A stretch of 64,000 nt of DNA, from the NCBI GenBank assembly GCA_002269645.1, contig NIVC01001281.1, forward strand, positions 102,101 to 166,100, written 5' to 3'. The notes beneath the pieces were generated by a model. It worked only from the letters and a program-made list of their open reading frames with translations. It was not told the origin of the DNA and made no database searches. The DNA is from Macrostomum lignano (taxonomy: Eukaryota). A program made the translations under genes and the position numbers. This document shows positions 22,252-44,740 of the stretch, piece by piece; within the stretch, counting starts at the first letter, position 1, and each line of letters starts with the position of its first letter.

Positions 22252-23340
22252 GTGACAGTGTAGCACTGGTGACAGTGTAGCACTGGTGACCGTGTAGCAC
22301 TGGTGACAGTGTAGCACTGGTGACAGTGTAGCACTGGTGACAGTGTAGCACTGGTGACAGTGTAGCACTGGTGACAGTGTAGCACTGGTGACAGTGTAGC
22401 ACTGGTGACAGTGTAGCACTGGTGACAGTGTAGCACTGGTGACAGTGTAGCACTGGTGACAGTGTAGCACTGGTGACCGTGTAGCACTGGTGACAGTGTA
22501 GCACTGGTGACTGTGTAGCACTGGTGACCGTGTAGCACTGGTGACCGTGTAGCACTGGTGACCGTGTAGCACTGGTGACAGTGTAGCACCGGTGACCGTG
22601 TTGCACTGGTGACAGTGTAGCACTGGTGACCGTGTAGCACTGGTGACAGTGTAGCACTGGTGACAGTGTAGCACTGGTGACCGTGTAGCACTGGTGACCG
22701 TGTAGTACTGGTGACCGTGTAGCACTGGTGACAGTGTAGCACTGGTGACAGTGTAGCACTGGTGACCGTGTAGCACTGGTGACAGTGTAGCACTGGTGAC
22801 AGTGTAGCACTGGTGACAGTGTAGCACTGATGACCGTGTAGCACTGGTGACAGTGTAGCACTGGTGACAGTGTAGCACTGGTGACAGTGTAGCACTGATG
22901 ACCGTGTAGCACTGGTGACAGTGTAGCACTGGTGACAGTGTAGCACTGGTGACCGTGTAGCACTGGTGACAGTGTAGCACTGGTGACAGTGTAGCACTGG
23001 TGACAGTGTAGCACTGGTGACAGTGTAGCACTGGTGACAGTGTAGCACTGGTGACAGTGTAGCACTGGTGACCGTGTAGCACTGGTGACAGTGTAGCACT
23101 GGTGACCGTGTAGCACTGGTGACAGTGTAGCACTGGTGACCGTGTAGCACTGGTGACCGTGTAGTACTGGTGACAGTGTAGCACTGGTGACCGTGTAGCA
23201 CTGGTGACAGTGTAGCACTGGTGACAGTGTAGCACTGGTGACAGTGTAGCACTGGTGACAGTGTAGCACTGGTGACCGTGTAGCACTGTTGACCGTGTAG
23301 CACTGGTGACAGTGTAGCACTGGTGACCGTGTAGTACTAG
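22252..23340. repeat. Minisatellite, 17-bp unit, ~64 copies
   Basis: GTGAC(A/C)GTGTAGCACTG repeats; the long ORFs here are repeat artefacts. Confidence 0.97.
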
Positions 23341-24858
23341 CAACTGACAGTTACGACTGGTATAGCCAGGTTACATTTTTTGACTAAAGCATGATAAAAA
23401 ATACTTTTTACTTTCATTATAGCTCCTAAAAATTGCAAGTACTCGACCTCGTAGAACGATAGAGCTTATTACTTGTACATCGACTGTTACATGTAGAGGC
23501 CATTCCGAGTTTGAGTAGTCCTAGCGACTAGCAGGGCTAAGGGAATCGAACTTTATGACTCCAATTGCCATTCTTAATAACCCATAAGTTAAACTAAGCA
23601 AGAAGAAGCCTCAGATTGTGCATTAGCCGACCACAATCGACCTTGTTCTGCCCCAACTGTCTGTTACTTCGCTGTGACTGAATGACTAGCTGTGACTATA
23701 ATACGAGAGTAATGCGGCAAAGTTCACCGAGACCGGTTTTACCAGTGGCAGAGGCGGGCGTCTTATCAATGAAGCTGTTGGAAAACTAAGCGAGCTGGCA
23801 CTTTGGGTAAGCCACAAAGATATGAGCTGACTCTCAAGCATGCTGTAGTGATCTGCAGCATTTGCCCTCTCGCTGTTACCCCCCTTCTCGAGTCGAAAAA
23901 GAGCAAGCAGTAAAATTTTTTCTATTGAGAGAGCGTACAGCTAATAATCAGTTGAGTCTATGGCTCAATTGAAACCCTGAGCAGATAGCAGAAGACTGGC
24001 TGCTCAGTTTTTACTGTCAATTTTTTTTAGCTAGCGATCGTAGCCTGCTAAAGAATAATACGAAAGATACCTTTAAGCAATATTTGTTATACTGCCTATT
24101 GTTTTTGTTTTAATCATTAATAATGTGATTGAAGATGAGAATCGTTCACTAAATAGCTAAATAGAATTTAAATTCGTGCCAAAACCGTAATTTCTCGACA
24201 GCTTTAGTGCTAGAAAAAACCACACGCTCGTACATGTGTAGATAAAACATTTGTTTTACTGTCGTTTTGTTTTTTTATCCTTAGGAGTACTTGGCACTAA
24301 TTTAAATTAAATTTAATCCAGCGAACGATTCAGGTACTATACGCACTGCTTGTATTCTTTCAATAAATTCCGGGGCATTAAGAGTGCATAAACGCTTAAG
24401 AGGTACAGGTAAGATTAATAAAAATAACAATTGGAGCTTCAAGCAATAAGATCCATCACCAAATGAGTACGCAATAAATGTTAATAATAGGTATAGGATA
24501 ATAAATGTATAGACAGATGACCGGGCGCATCAATGAGCTGATGAAAAAGTGCATGCAACAAAAAACAACAAAGCGACAGATTTCTAGCAAACGCGGCTAA
24601 AAACTCATGGACTTGTAAGCCAGAAATGCACGACAACATGATTTTCGGATTGGCAAATGTTTTCTAATTTGTTGTGGAGGTGAACTCTTGCAAATCGCGG
24701 ATATCGACATGATGAGAGAAAATTGAATAAGTCTGCGATCTGCGCATTAAAACAAGTACCGCTTGTGAAGTACGAGGAGTGCATGTACTCTCTCGGGCAT
24801 CGGGAAAAAATGAGAGCGTACGCAGTCTTGCTAAAGTTCTCTTGAGCAGTTCTTTATT

Positions 24859-25506
24859 TTAACAGTTCGATACGCCGCTGTCCACAGTGTTGGATTCAGT
24901 CGCTTCTTCTACTAGGAGCCTCTGCTTGCGGCCTGCAGTGGCTCCTTGCGGCTCCTCGGTGTAATAGGACGCTTCGTAATCGTCTTCCACGTCCATTGTG
25001 CCGCTGCTGACTGTGGCTTCGCTCTGCGCTGCTCCGTAAAGCGCGTACTCGTGATCGGCTTCGGTTTCCGGCTTCGATGCATGCTGCGGTTCCGCCAACT
25101 GTTGCTGAGTTGCCGCCTCTTTGGGCACGACGCAGCTGGCTAAGAGTTGAAACCAACCCGGCGATCGTTTCTGCTTGCAACGCTGCTTTGAGGTCTGCAG
25201 CACTGGCTGCTTCTGCTGCTGCTGTTGTTGTTCCTCCTGCTGTTGCTCCTGCTGGCACTGGGCGTCTGAAAACCAGCTTCGAGGAGGCAGCGGCGGAGGC
25301 TCCGCCGGGCTGGTCGCTGGCGAGGCGGTGCAAGCGGGCCAGCTGCTGTGCAGGCAGCCGCTGCCGCTCGAGTGCCGCTTCTGATCTGCCAGCCAGCTGG
25401 AGAGGATGCTGACCGCTTCATCTTTGTCTAGATCGCCTCGCCTGGTGGCCGTCTCCAGCAGGTCCAGGACGCGACTCGCCTTTCCCGTATCAAGGTTGCT
25501 GCTCAT
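24859..25506 (-). CDS. Hypothetical 215-aa low-complexity protein (polyQ), single exon
   Basis: ATG-started GC-rich ORF in AT-rich flanks; composition resembles the other genes here; no recognised domain. Confidence 0.4.
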   Translation of the reverse strand: MSSNLDTGKASRVLDLLETATRRGDLDKDEAVSILSSWLADQKRHSSGSGCLHSSWPACTASPATSPAEPPPLPPRSWFSDAQCQQEQQQEEQQQQQQKQPVLQTSKQRCKQKRSPGWFQLLASCVVPKEAATQQQLAEPQHASKPETEADHEYALYGAAQSEATVSSGTMDVEDDYEASYYTEEPQGATAGRKQRLLVEEATESNTVDSGVSNC

Positions 25507-26738
25507 GTCGACGGATTGAGATATTGGTCTTTAATAATTAACACAGGTTCTCGCCGGTAACTTTGATGTGTTTGACTTTACTTGATTTTCTTTGGACCTT
25601 TGTGTAGCTCTCTAATATACTGGCGTTATAGGCGGAGGTGGGGGAGCGCAGAGTGAATGGCGCTTTGCTAAAACAGCGAACTGGATTGCTGGTGAATCAT
25701 TGGCTATGGCTGGGCAGCGCAGAGATTGCAGTTCCAGAACTGGGGCTGTTCGAGTGTGCTCTCACAGCGGAGTACAATCACAGAGTCGCAAGTTGGAAAA
25801 CCAAACAGTGCGCGGCCTCAGCCAGTTCTCGAATTAACTCTCAGATAGGCTATCTCTGCTTCAGGTTTTTATCCGACCCAAGTAGAAAGTGAATGTACGC
25901 CTGCTTGGGCGCGGGCAGTGAAATCTTTGCTGGCCAAGAGCTGTCAGTAATTGTCAGTTTCAGTCCCTGTTAATCTGCTATGGAGCAGATTCTCGAATCA
26001 CTGATCTTCAAAATGACCAGTAATCAAACGTGTCAGATGACAATAACAATAACAAAAACAAAAGCACTGCTGAATTCGAACTCAATTTTGCAATATCTAC
26101 TTATGCTAAATATAGCCCCTCTAATACCTCTAGCCATTCGAGGTTGTTGTTAGAAGGCCCGCGTACGTCACTACAACCGACTAGAATGCCTACCAATTTT
26201 CCGGCCCACCTGCCTACCGTTCAATCTACCTTTCTTCCCACCTACTAGATACCTGCAAAACTATATCAATATACCGATCTACAAAACTTCTACCTACCTA
26301 CCTAACCTACCTATCTCCCTATCAAACTCCGACCAACTTATCAAACAAGCCACCAACCTACTAGCTTAAAAAAATAGGTTTAATAAATTTCAATTCTAAT
26401 CCTCGATTGTAAATCAAACTTGTCGAACGAAGCAACGGTGTTTGGTCCTCAGATAAGCCGCCTTCCCGCACAGGCGGCAAACTTTGCTGACTTGGTTGAC
26501 CCGAAGTCAGGCAACTGAACTTCAAACTGCCAACGGAGGCGATAAATTAAAAAATCTAGCATTATTGAGCTCCTAGAAAAACACGCGACAGCTGTGCAAA
26601 CTTTGCTATCTACTCGATAGAGCAAGCCATATAACTTGGCGAATAACTGCGACGTCAATGTAGGCTCAACTCTTCAGAAATCCTCTTCATCCACAGCGAT
26701 TTATTTTCTTTCTTTTAGAAGAAAACGTCTTTCTGGCG

Positions 26739-29512
26739 ATGCGACTGCGCCAACCAAAGCGGAGACGCGCGAGCTACTCGCTCACCCGGCCCGAGACACC
26801 ACGGTGGTCCCTGTGGACGGCGCTCTGCGCTCCGCTTTTCTCTGCAGTCGCCTCCTTTAAGACGCGAAAGCGGCGTCCGCCTCGAGCCACAGCAAAAAAG
26901 TTCGGCTTCCCGGAGGCGGCAATCTTCGGCCTGACTCCAGAGGCTCTTAACCGCTGGTGCGAGGCTGTTCAACGCGACGACGCCAGCCAACTGGCTAACC
27001 TGCTGGACGCCGACGATGGGCATCGACAGCTGACGCTAGCTTATCGAAGTCCGGCCGGCTCTGACCGCATCGCCTTCCACCGATTGACGCACCTGTGCGC
27101 GTTTAGCGCCGCCTCGGAGTGCTCGCGAGTAATGGCCGACCGATTCGGCGCCGCGTCAACCGTCTGGTGCGCCAAGGACACCAACGAGAGCAGCGTGTTC
27201 CATGCCCTGTGCTGGGGCGCTCACTACAGGCCGCATCTGGAAGCCAGCTACGTCTTGCTATACAAACAACTGACGCACAACTCTCTGTTGCCGAGAACTC
27301 GACTGTGTGATCTGCTGCTGGCCGAGGATCTCGGCGGCTTCCGTCCGGTGGAACTGGCCATCAAACTGCGCTGCTTCAGACTGGCTGTTGCCATGCTGGA
27401 GACGCCGGGAGTTTACCAGGAGACTCAGCTGGCTGGCAACCTGCAGGTCAAGCGGTACCAGCTGCACGGTTACGCTAGGCGCCCTGGCGAGGCCTGCCGA
27501 CAGCTCAGGAATCCCGTGCTGCTGCTGTCACAAATGCGGTGAGGCTTTTGCTTCTTGCCAATTAAGTATTGCTGTGACGTCTCAGTCATGTAGCACCCCC
27601 GATCCTTAGATCCTGTGAAGTCCTTATGTCCTGTAGCACCTCTGATCCTTAGGTCCTGTGAATCCTCATGTCTTGTGGCTACCCCGATCCTTAGGTCCTG
27701 TGAAATCTTTGTGTCCTGTAGATCCCCCGATCCATAGATTCTGTAACACCAGATCCTTAGATCATATGAAACCCCGATGCCGAAGTCATAACACCTCATC
27801 TCCTTCGCTACCGCAGCAAAGCGGACTTCAAGGAGCTGCGTAGCAGTGAGATACTGATGCACCCGGTGATTCAGCACATGATCGGGCAGCTTTGGCGCAG
27901 GAACATCGCCATCTGCATCATTGTGGCTCTGTTCTGGCTCTCTCTGGTTGTTATGATGCAGATTCCACTGGAGATGCAGATGCAGCAGCCGACCACATCT
28001 GCTCAGATGTGCTTCAGCCAGGAGGTTATGCGCGTGTCCTTCTACAGCGTTGTGGTGTTCGACCTGAAGGTGCTGGAAGACGTTGGTGTGCAGAAGATTC
28101 AACAGAGTAATCAGGATTGGCCGTAAGTGCTGGCACTGGTTTTGAGCCTCATGGTTGTGATCAACCTTCACTTTGCATCTCTGAAACTCCAACAGAATGA
28201 ACAGCAGTGCAAACGACAATGAAACGGAAGTTTCGGCTTTCAAATCTTGGAGACCCAGACGGGGCTCTGAGAAACTGATGCTGACTCCCATAGTTGACAA
28301 CGGCGACATCTTCACGACTATTCGCATTGCCTACATATCCGTGAGCATCTTTCTGCTGCTCTGGCACTCCGCGCGGTCCGTACAGCGTCTTGTTGCTAAG
28401 CGACGCCTGACGAGAGATGGTCGACTGTCGTATAAACGGTTCCTAGTTGCCATGGAGACCGGCTGGATGGATCAGGATTGGCTGGCCAGCGCCTGCCGCT
28501 TTGGCCTGATCCTGTTCTGCTTCATCCTGTGCTCCGTGCGAGTGTCTTACCTGCCGTGTCCGAAAAGTCCACTCTTCTCCTTCCTGTTCCATTTCAGGTC
28601 ATGGCTGACCGAGGTCTGTAGCTCGTACCCTCTCTTGAGCTTGTGCTCAGTAATGCTGTACACACTAATTTATAAGCAGTAAAAATCCATTGCAGGAACG
28701 TGTGGCTAATGTGTTTCTTTCGCTAAGGATAATATTTCACATGTGCTACCTGTTCCTGCACATACTAATCGTGTACTACCTGGAGATGATACCACATCTT
28801 GGTCCAGTTGTGCACGCCTTTCGCTGCATGTTCTCGAGATTTTTGCACTTCGCCGCTATCTACCTAATTGTGCTGTCCATCTTTTCTAGAATATTCTCTT
28901 CCGTTAGCTTCGCCTCACTCAACGTACACAGTGGAGACAGCAGCGCTGTGCAGTCCTGGTTGGTTGACTTTCACTCAAGCTGGCTCTGTCAGGTACGAGT
29001 GCGCTTAAATGAGGTGTAGTTGTGTGTTGGAATAACGATCCCGGAAACCTGGCATTTTCCTTTATGCCCTGGTCACTAAAACTCGACATACTAATTGTGA
29101 CCTGGTAATTAAGACATTAATTAAACAGTAGCTAACCAATAACCACGCCAACTCACCCAAAAAGGTGTTCTACGCCTTCAGCCTCAGCTTGAACGCCGAG
29201 CGGCCTCATGAACTCGTAAGCCGAGACGATCGAATCGGACACTCCGAGGCCAGCATCGCGCACATCATCTTCGTACTTGTATTCGTAGTTCTAGTGCTCA
29301 ACTTCATCATAGCCCTGCTAGTGAGCGCTATGAACGAGGTGAACGAGTTTCGCGACGTGTTCTACACTGTGCGCACACTGCGCATGATTCTTCAGATCGA
29401 CGCGATCTGGTTCCCAGTGCTGGCCCGGCTGTCCGATTGGACCGGACTGCGCTTCACTGGGGACGCCGCGTTCACCACAGTCACGCCTGTGCAGTTCCAG
29501 ACTGACTACTGA
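26739..29512 (+). CDS. Divergent TRPV-like cation channel (ankyrin-like N-terminus plus 6-TM region), ~722 aa
   Basis: Exons 26739-27538, 27817-28122, 28196-28613, 28696-28992, 29165-29512 (GT-AG, phase-compatible; exon 3 may hide a 60-nt in-frame intron). Ankyrin-like SVFHALC and GFRPVELAIKLRCFRLAVAMLE; ILMHPVIQHMIGQLW pre-S1; YYLEMIPHLGPVVHAFRCM S4-S5 linker; LVLNFIIALLVSAMNEV S6. Confidence 0.72.
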
Positions 29513-29599
29513 CAACAGGGGGGGGGGTTCGAAATTCACTGAAATGTGAACTTGTCATGCTCTGAAAGTTGACGTTTTATTTTAGTCTTCATTGTCCCT

Positions 29600-30440
29600 T
29601 GAAGTTGGGTCTTTACCGGTCTTCAAAGTCCCTTAAAGTTGGGTTTTTACTGGTCTTCAAAATCACTTGAAGTTGGGTTTTTACCGGTCTTCAATGTCAC
29701 TTGAAGTTGGGTTTTTACTGGTCTTCAATGTCTCTAAAAGTTGGGTTTTTACCGGTCTTCAATGTCCCCTAAATATGGGTTTTACTGGTCTTCAATGTCT
29801 CTTAAAGTTGGGTTTTCACCGGTCTTCAAAGTCCCTTAAAGTTGAGTTTTTGCTGGTCTTCAAAATCACTTGAAGTTGGGTTTTTACCGGTCTTCAATGT
29901 CACTTGAAGTTGGGTTTTTACCGGTCTTCAATGTCTCTTAAAGTTGGGTTTTTACCGGTCTTCAAAGTCCCTTAAAGTTGGGTTTTTGCTGGTCTTCAAA
30001 ATCACTTGAAGTTGGGTTTTTACCGGTCTTCAAAGTCCCTTAAAGTTGGGTTTTTGCTGGTCTTCAAAATCACTTGAAGTTGGGTTTTTACTGGTCTTCA
30101 AAGTCCCTTAAAGTTGGGTTTTTTGCTGGCTTCAAAATCACTTGAAGTTGGGTTTTTACTGGTCTTCAAAGTCCCTTAAAGTTGGGTTTTTTGCTGGCTT
30201 CAAAATCACTTGAAGTTGGGTTTTTACTGGTCTTCAAAGTCCCTTAAAGTTGGGTTTTTTGCTGGCTTCAAAATCACTTGAAGTTGGGTTTTTACTGGTC
30301 TTCAAAGTCCCTTAAAGTTGGGTTTTTTGCTGGCTTCAAAATCACTTGAAGTTGGGTTTTTACTGGTCTTCAAAGTCCCTTAAAGTTGGTTTTTTTGCTG
30401 GCTTCAAAATCACTTGAAGTTGATTTTTTACCGGTCTTCG
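29600..30440. repeat. Minisatellite, ~34-bp unit with dimeric higher-order structure
   Basis: AAGTTGGGTTTTTAC(C/T)GGTCTTCAAAGTCCCTTA alternates with a ...CAAAATCACTTG variant. Confidence 0.93.
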
Positions 30441-31153
30441 GGGTACGAGAATTATCAAACGTTTGGTTTCGTCAAGTTTTCAAGATCTTCAAAGTCAAAA
30501 AGAATTTCATTGTGTCTCAAATCACTGAAGCTGTTTTTGTTGCAAAAACAGTTGAATTAAGCAAAGAGAAAATATTGCGTGCCTGCTTAATTTCGCTTCA
30601 GCCTTCAAATAATTAAGAACAAAAATTTCCCGATGAGTTGATTGCTTTGATGCGGTTTCGTGAAGCATTGCGAGAATAAACATGTTTAAGATACTCAAAT
30701 ATTTTCGATGTGAAAACAGCGTAAAAACAATATACTCGTACGAGCGTACTGCCAGTAGTCGGGTGCAAATTTTCATTTGTTTTACATTTTAATGACGAAT
30801 GGAGATTAACAAAACAAAAACTACATGCAATAATTGATTTCAGTGCCATAAATGATAGATAAATAATGAGTTGTGTGTTGGAATGTCTCGGTAGGGTGAA
30901 TTTGTAAAGCATTTCAAAATTTTTGTTGATTCCAAATAGCCTATGACGGGGGTGCAATAAAAAAGATAATTACTGTTGGGTAGCGCATGCTGATTACGCA
31001 TTGTACTGTAAAATATTGTAGCGTTAATTTTACTTATAATAAAAACAGATCATAAATTTTAATAATAGTTAACAAAATTTCTAGTGACTTGTGCTTGAAA
31101 TTGCAACGCAAATTCCGCTTAGGTTCGATCTGTTCACTGCTGCCCAGCAAGCA

Positions 31154-39949
<8,796 letters not shown>

Positions 39950-40914
39950 GACGGCCAGCTGGGGATGCTGGGATGCTGGTGATGATGGATCTGGTGCTGA
40001 TGCTGCAGCTGAAGATTCTGAGTAGTTGATGCCGAACCGTTGCTCAGCAGCAGATGCTGGTAGCCAGCTGGCTTGACAACAGCTGCTGGGCCATAGTGGA
40101 ACGGCTGCTCAGAGTTGCACCTGAAACTGAGCAGGCAGTGACGGACAGCTCGAACCCAACTGAGAATTGTTATGCCACTTGCCCCTGTTTTTATACAACT
40201 GACAGCTGCCCAACTCCAATCTAGCTGAGTGACGAGCTTCCTGGGGAGGAGGGGAAACGCCATTCGAAAAAACTTGCCAATCAGATAAATTAAGTAAACT
40301 GCATGATAATTGCACGCCAACAATGATTCGTTCGTGTTTCGCTAAGCAGGAATCTGTCAGGCCTTCCGCTCACCTGGGCCCAGTCTGCTCCATCGCTGTG
40401 TCAGCTTTTCTTGTATTAAATTAAAGCGATGATGAGTTTGCCTTTATCAAAGCAGATTGGGTCTGCCCTGGTAACTTAATGCGTTAGATTTATACGGAGA
40501 ATCAGTCTGCCGCCAAGGTGAGCACAGAGGTGTTGGCGATGACTCTGGGGGGGGGTTGAATGGGGCAAAACTTTGGCCAACCAATCAGCGGTCGAGGCGG
40601 CGACGATAGCGGCTGAGCGGGCGGGGAGGCCGAGCTTGACTGACGAGGCGAAGACAAGAATCTGTTTGACGCAAGTTGACTTTGTCAGCCCCCATGATTT
40701 AGATGAGGCTTGAGTAGGACGCTAACTTGACTGGATGTGGCGTTCTGTCATTCTTTGTTGGAGAATTATAATATTCAGCTAAATAGAATTTATTTTTATC
40801 ATCCACATTTTAGTTGACTGAAGTAATTTTGTGCTGCTTACTTAGGAGAAGACTCGTTCTCAATGCCTTGATTCAAAATTAACCAAGTCACTTGATTTTT
40901 ACTGTCCCAATGTC

Positions 40915-41105
40915 AAATTTGGCGCCCCCTCCCCTGATGTCCGATTCGGCGCCCCAATGATGTCCAATTCGGCGCCCCGTGATGTCCCAGTTGGCGCCCC
41001 TGATGTCCGATTTGGCGCCCTCTGATGTCCAATTTGGAGCCCCCTGATGTCCAATTTGGAGCCCCCTGATGTCCAATTTGGAGCCCCCTGATGTCCAATT
41101 AGGCG
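40915..41105. repeat. Short ~22-bp tandem array, probably a subterminal array of a TIR element
   Basis: TTGGAGCCCCCTGATGTCCAAT / TTCGGCGCCCC..GATGTCC repeats. Confidence 0.7.
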
Positions 41106-42607
41106 CTTCAATGCACATTTTTCACAAGTCAATCAAAGCCTCAGGAAGTCAAGCAGCTGAGCACCGCAACACTGCAGTGAGAGAGCTGCTGCCACCTATC
41201 CACTTGTTCCAATATCAGGCGCAAAAAGTCAGCCGAGAATCGAGAAGCAATCTGTATTGAGGGGTCGGTGATCCTGTGGATATGTATTTTTTACTTAGTG
41301 AGACCGGCACTCCGTGGCGCCGCACAGTCTGAGACGGGAGGCTGCGGGTGAGCAACGGTTGCAGCCAGCCCCGACAACCAACAACTTCCTATGCGGAGGG
41401 CCATTGTGCCGGCGTCACGGCCGGGGGCGGCAAGGCGGCAGGATTAAAAAGGTGGCAGGGCAGGCCAGATCTGAAAGCAGGTGAGGCTGGTTAGGCAGGC
41501 GGTTTCCATAATAGGCCAATTTTCGGTGTTAAACTCCGCCTGTTGTGGCGTTGGAATGCCATTGCGAGTTAAAGCTGCTCCGCTGAGGCATGCTGGCTCC
41601 CTCCATTGGCGTAAAAAATTTGCGATAAAAATAATAGAGAGGATATCTCGCTTCTGTCAGTGGGAAACACTTATTCTTCTCGCTTAGTCCTAGGCCAGCG
41701 CCTCATCATTTCTGTGCTGATTTTTCTCCCAGCCTCCCGCCCCTCCGTCATCCATCAGGCTGATGAGGAAGTTGTCGCGGTTTCACCGCCGCCATCCCGA
41801 CACCAAATCCTCCGTCAGCCATTCTCATTGCTGCTGGCCTCTTCCGCTTGCCGCTTCCACACCCCTGAGCCGCCACCAAGGGGATGAGGCTGAGAGGCTG
41901 GGGCGGCAGAATCTCTCGAGTCTGCCCTCTGCGCAGCGCCGCTTTGAGAGAGCGCAGCGAACCGAGGCCCGAACCGGCCCAGATCCCACTTTCATTCTCC
42001 CCCCCAAATCCCCACACAAAAGAGAATGAGTTTCCGCATTCGACAGCTTCTCCGCTCCGGCGGGCTCCAGCAGATCCCGGATCCATCTGAGTGGCCATTG
42101 TGACCAGCTTCGCTAGCTCCATCCGCTCCTGTCCCGCAGCTCTGGCTGCTTTTTTCCCCGCCCATCCGAGCGGAAGCTGCGGGCAGCAAAGTAACGGGAA
42201 TGGGTTGGCGGCTTGGGAAGGCAGATTTCAACTTAAGTTGCTAATCCCCTTTCACTCAAATCCTCATATAATAACGTGTAATTACATCTGGGGCATCGGC
42301 TAACGAACAAAATGAATTATTGATACTGATAACCCGTGAGTTCCCTGAGTAAATTCTGAGTTCGGTGTGCTCAGGCACGCATATTCCCTCCACCCCAGAC
42401 CCCCCCCCGCTGATCCCCGCCTTATCCGCAATTTTCCGCCCTCTGGCACAACAGCCATCTAAGCATAACTCGAGCCCGTTGCGTTAATTAATTTCTAGGT
42501 GTGTAAATTTTGCAATTAATAAGAGTCGCATACAACCTGCATCATCGTAGTGGCAGGTGCGCATCAGTTCTCGGTCAAATTTGTGCGAACACTATCGGTT
42601 GGACTGT

Positions 42608-43820
42608 GCTTCTGTCACTCCTCTGTCTGCAGGTTCGTTCGCTTGTTTCACTCCTCTGTCTGCAGGTTCGTTCGCTTGTGTCACTCCTCTGTCTGCAGGT
42701 TCGTTCGCTTGTTTCACTCCTCTGTCTGCAGGTTCGTTCGCTTCTGTCACTCCTCTGTCTGCAGGTTCGTTCGCTTGTTTCACTCCTCTGTCTGCAGGTT
42801 CGTTCGCTTGTGTCACTCCTCTGTCTGCAGGTTCGTTCGCTTGTTTCACTCCTCTGTCTGCAGGTTCGTTCGCTTCTGTCATTCCTCTGTCTGCAGGTTC
42901 GTTCGCTTGTTTCACTCCTCTGTCTGCAGGTTCGTTCGCTTGTGTCATTCCTCTGTCTGCAGGTTCGTTCGCTTGTGTCACTCCTCTGTCTGCAGGTTCG
43001 TTCGCTTCTGTCATTCCTCTGTCTGCAGGTTCGTTCGCTTGTGTCATTCCTCTGTCCTACAGGTTCGTTCGCTTGTGTCACTCCTCTGTCTGCAGGTTCG
43101 TTCGCTTGTGTCACCCCTCTGTCCTACAGGTTCAAGGCTTGTGTCACTCCTCTGTCTGCAGGTTCATTCGCTTGTGTCATTCCTCTGTTCTACATGTTCA
43201 AGGGCTTCTGTCACTCCTCTGTCTGCAGGTTCGTTCGCTTCTGTCCCTCCTCTGTCCTACAGGTTCAAGGCTTCTGTCACTCCTCTGTCCTATAGGTTCA
43301 AAGCTTCTGTGACTCCTCTGTCCTATAGGTTCAAGGCTTCTGTCCCTCTTCTGTGCTACATGTTCAAGGCTTCTGTCACTCCTCTGTCCTACATGTTCAA
43401 GGCTTCTGTCACTCCTCTGTCCTACAGGTTTAAGGCTTCTGTCACTCCTCTGTACTACATGTCCAAGGCTTCTGTCACTCCTCTGTCCTACAGGTTCAAG
43501 GCTTCTGTCACTCCTCTGTACTACATGTTCAAGGCTTCTGTCACTCCTCTGTCTGCAGGTTCATTCGCTTGTGTCATTCCTCTGTTCTACATGTTCAAGG
43601 GCTTCTGTCACTCCTCTGTCTGCAGGTTCGTTCGCTTCTGTCACTCCTCTGTCCTACAGGTTCAAGGCTTCTGTCACTCCTCTGTACTACATGTTCAAGG
43701 CTTCTGTCACTCCTCTGTCCTACAGGTTCAAGGCTTCTGTCACTCCTCTGTACTACATGTTCAAGGCTTCTGTCACTCCTCTGTACTACATGTTCAAGGC
43801 TTCTCTCACTCCTCTGTCTC
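42608..43820. repeat. Minisatellite, 31-33-bp unit, two variant blocks
   Basis: GTCACTCCTCTGTCTGCAGGTTCGTTCGCTT(GT/CT) grades into GTCACTCCTCTGTCCTACAGGTTCAAGGCTTCT. Confidence 0.94.
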
Positions 43821-44364
43821 CAGCTTGTCTCCAGCCCAAGCAACCCTGCGCTCATTTTTACCTGACTCTTTCTGGGTCCAAACAAACCTTCTAAAAGAGC
43901 CAGTTGACTTTGACAGCTGACACGTGTAATTTTTTTAGACGTCATCGCTGCTCCCCTCTCCCTCCCTTCCCCTTCCCCATCGCAGTTTGCTTTGACGCCT
44001 GCAAGATGAAGGATGAGCACCTCTCAGCGCTGAGGTGGAAAAGAAGAAACGAAAAAAGAAGAAAGACGAAAGGGTAAGCCGCCTGACAAGCCAGAGTCAG
44101 ACCTGCCGCCGAACAATGGGCACGGCTGATTGTCAAATAAAAAGCCTCATCTATGGATTGAATCAAACTCTCTATAGAGAGCTGCAAACCCTTGATACCT
44201 TTTTATCAGCATTTTATGTTGTCAAATGCCAACTTTTAGATTAGTGTTTTCAATCACGAATTATTTGGCATTTTCTCCGCTGGAAAATGGTAAAAACTTT
44301 GCCCTTCTTAGGTATCCTCTCATTGACTCTCCTTAGCATTGTCTCTTTCACTTTCAATGTCACC

Positions 44365-44740
44365 CTCTCCTTCTCTACCTCTCCTTATCTCCCCTCTCCT
44401 TCTCTACCTCTCCTTATCTCCCCTCTCCTTCTCTACCTCTCCTTATCTCCCTCTCCTTCTCTACCTCTCCTTATCTCCCTCTCCTTCTCTACCTCTCCTT
44501 ATCTCCCTCTCCTTCTCTACCTCTCCTTATCTCCCTCTCCTTCTCTACCTCTCCTTATCTCCCTCTCCTTCTCTACCTCTCCTTATCTCCCTCTCCTTCT
44601 CTACCTCTCCTTATCCCCCTCTCCTTCTCTACCTCTCCTTATCTCCCTTCTCCTTATCTCCCCTCTCCTTATCTCCCTGCTCCTTATCTACCCCTCTGCT
44701 TATCTCCCTCTCCTTATCTATCCTCTCTTTATCTACCCCT
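44365..44740. repeat. Polypyrimidine minisatellite, 28-bp unit
   Basis: CTCTCCTTATCTCCCTCTCCTTCTCTAC repeats. Confidence 0.92.

Noticed and set aside
22130-23343. Long ORFs (355-396 aa) with Cys/His periodicity
   Set aside because: Translations of the 17-bp satellite, open in several frames; not zinc-finger genes.
42510-43920. ORFs of 250-456 aa
   Set aside because: 31-33-bp minisatellite translations.
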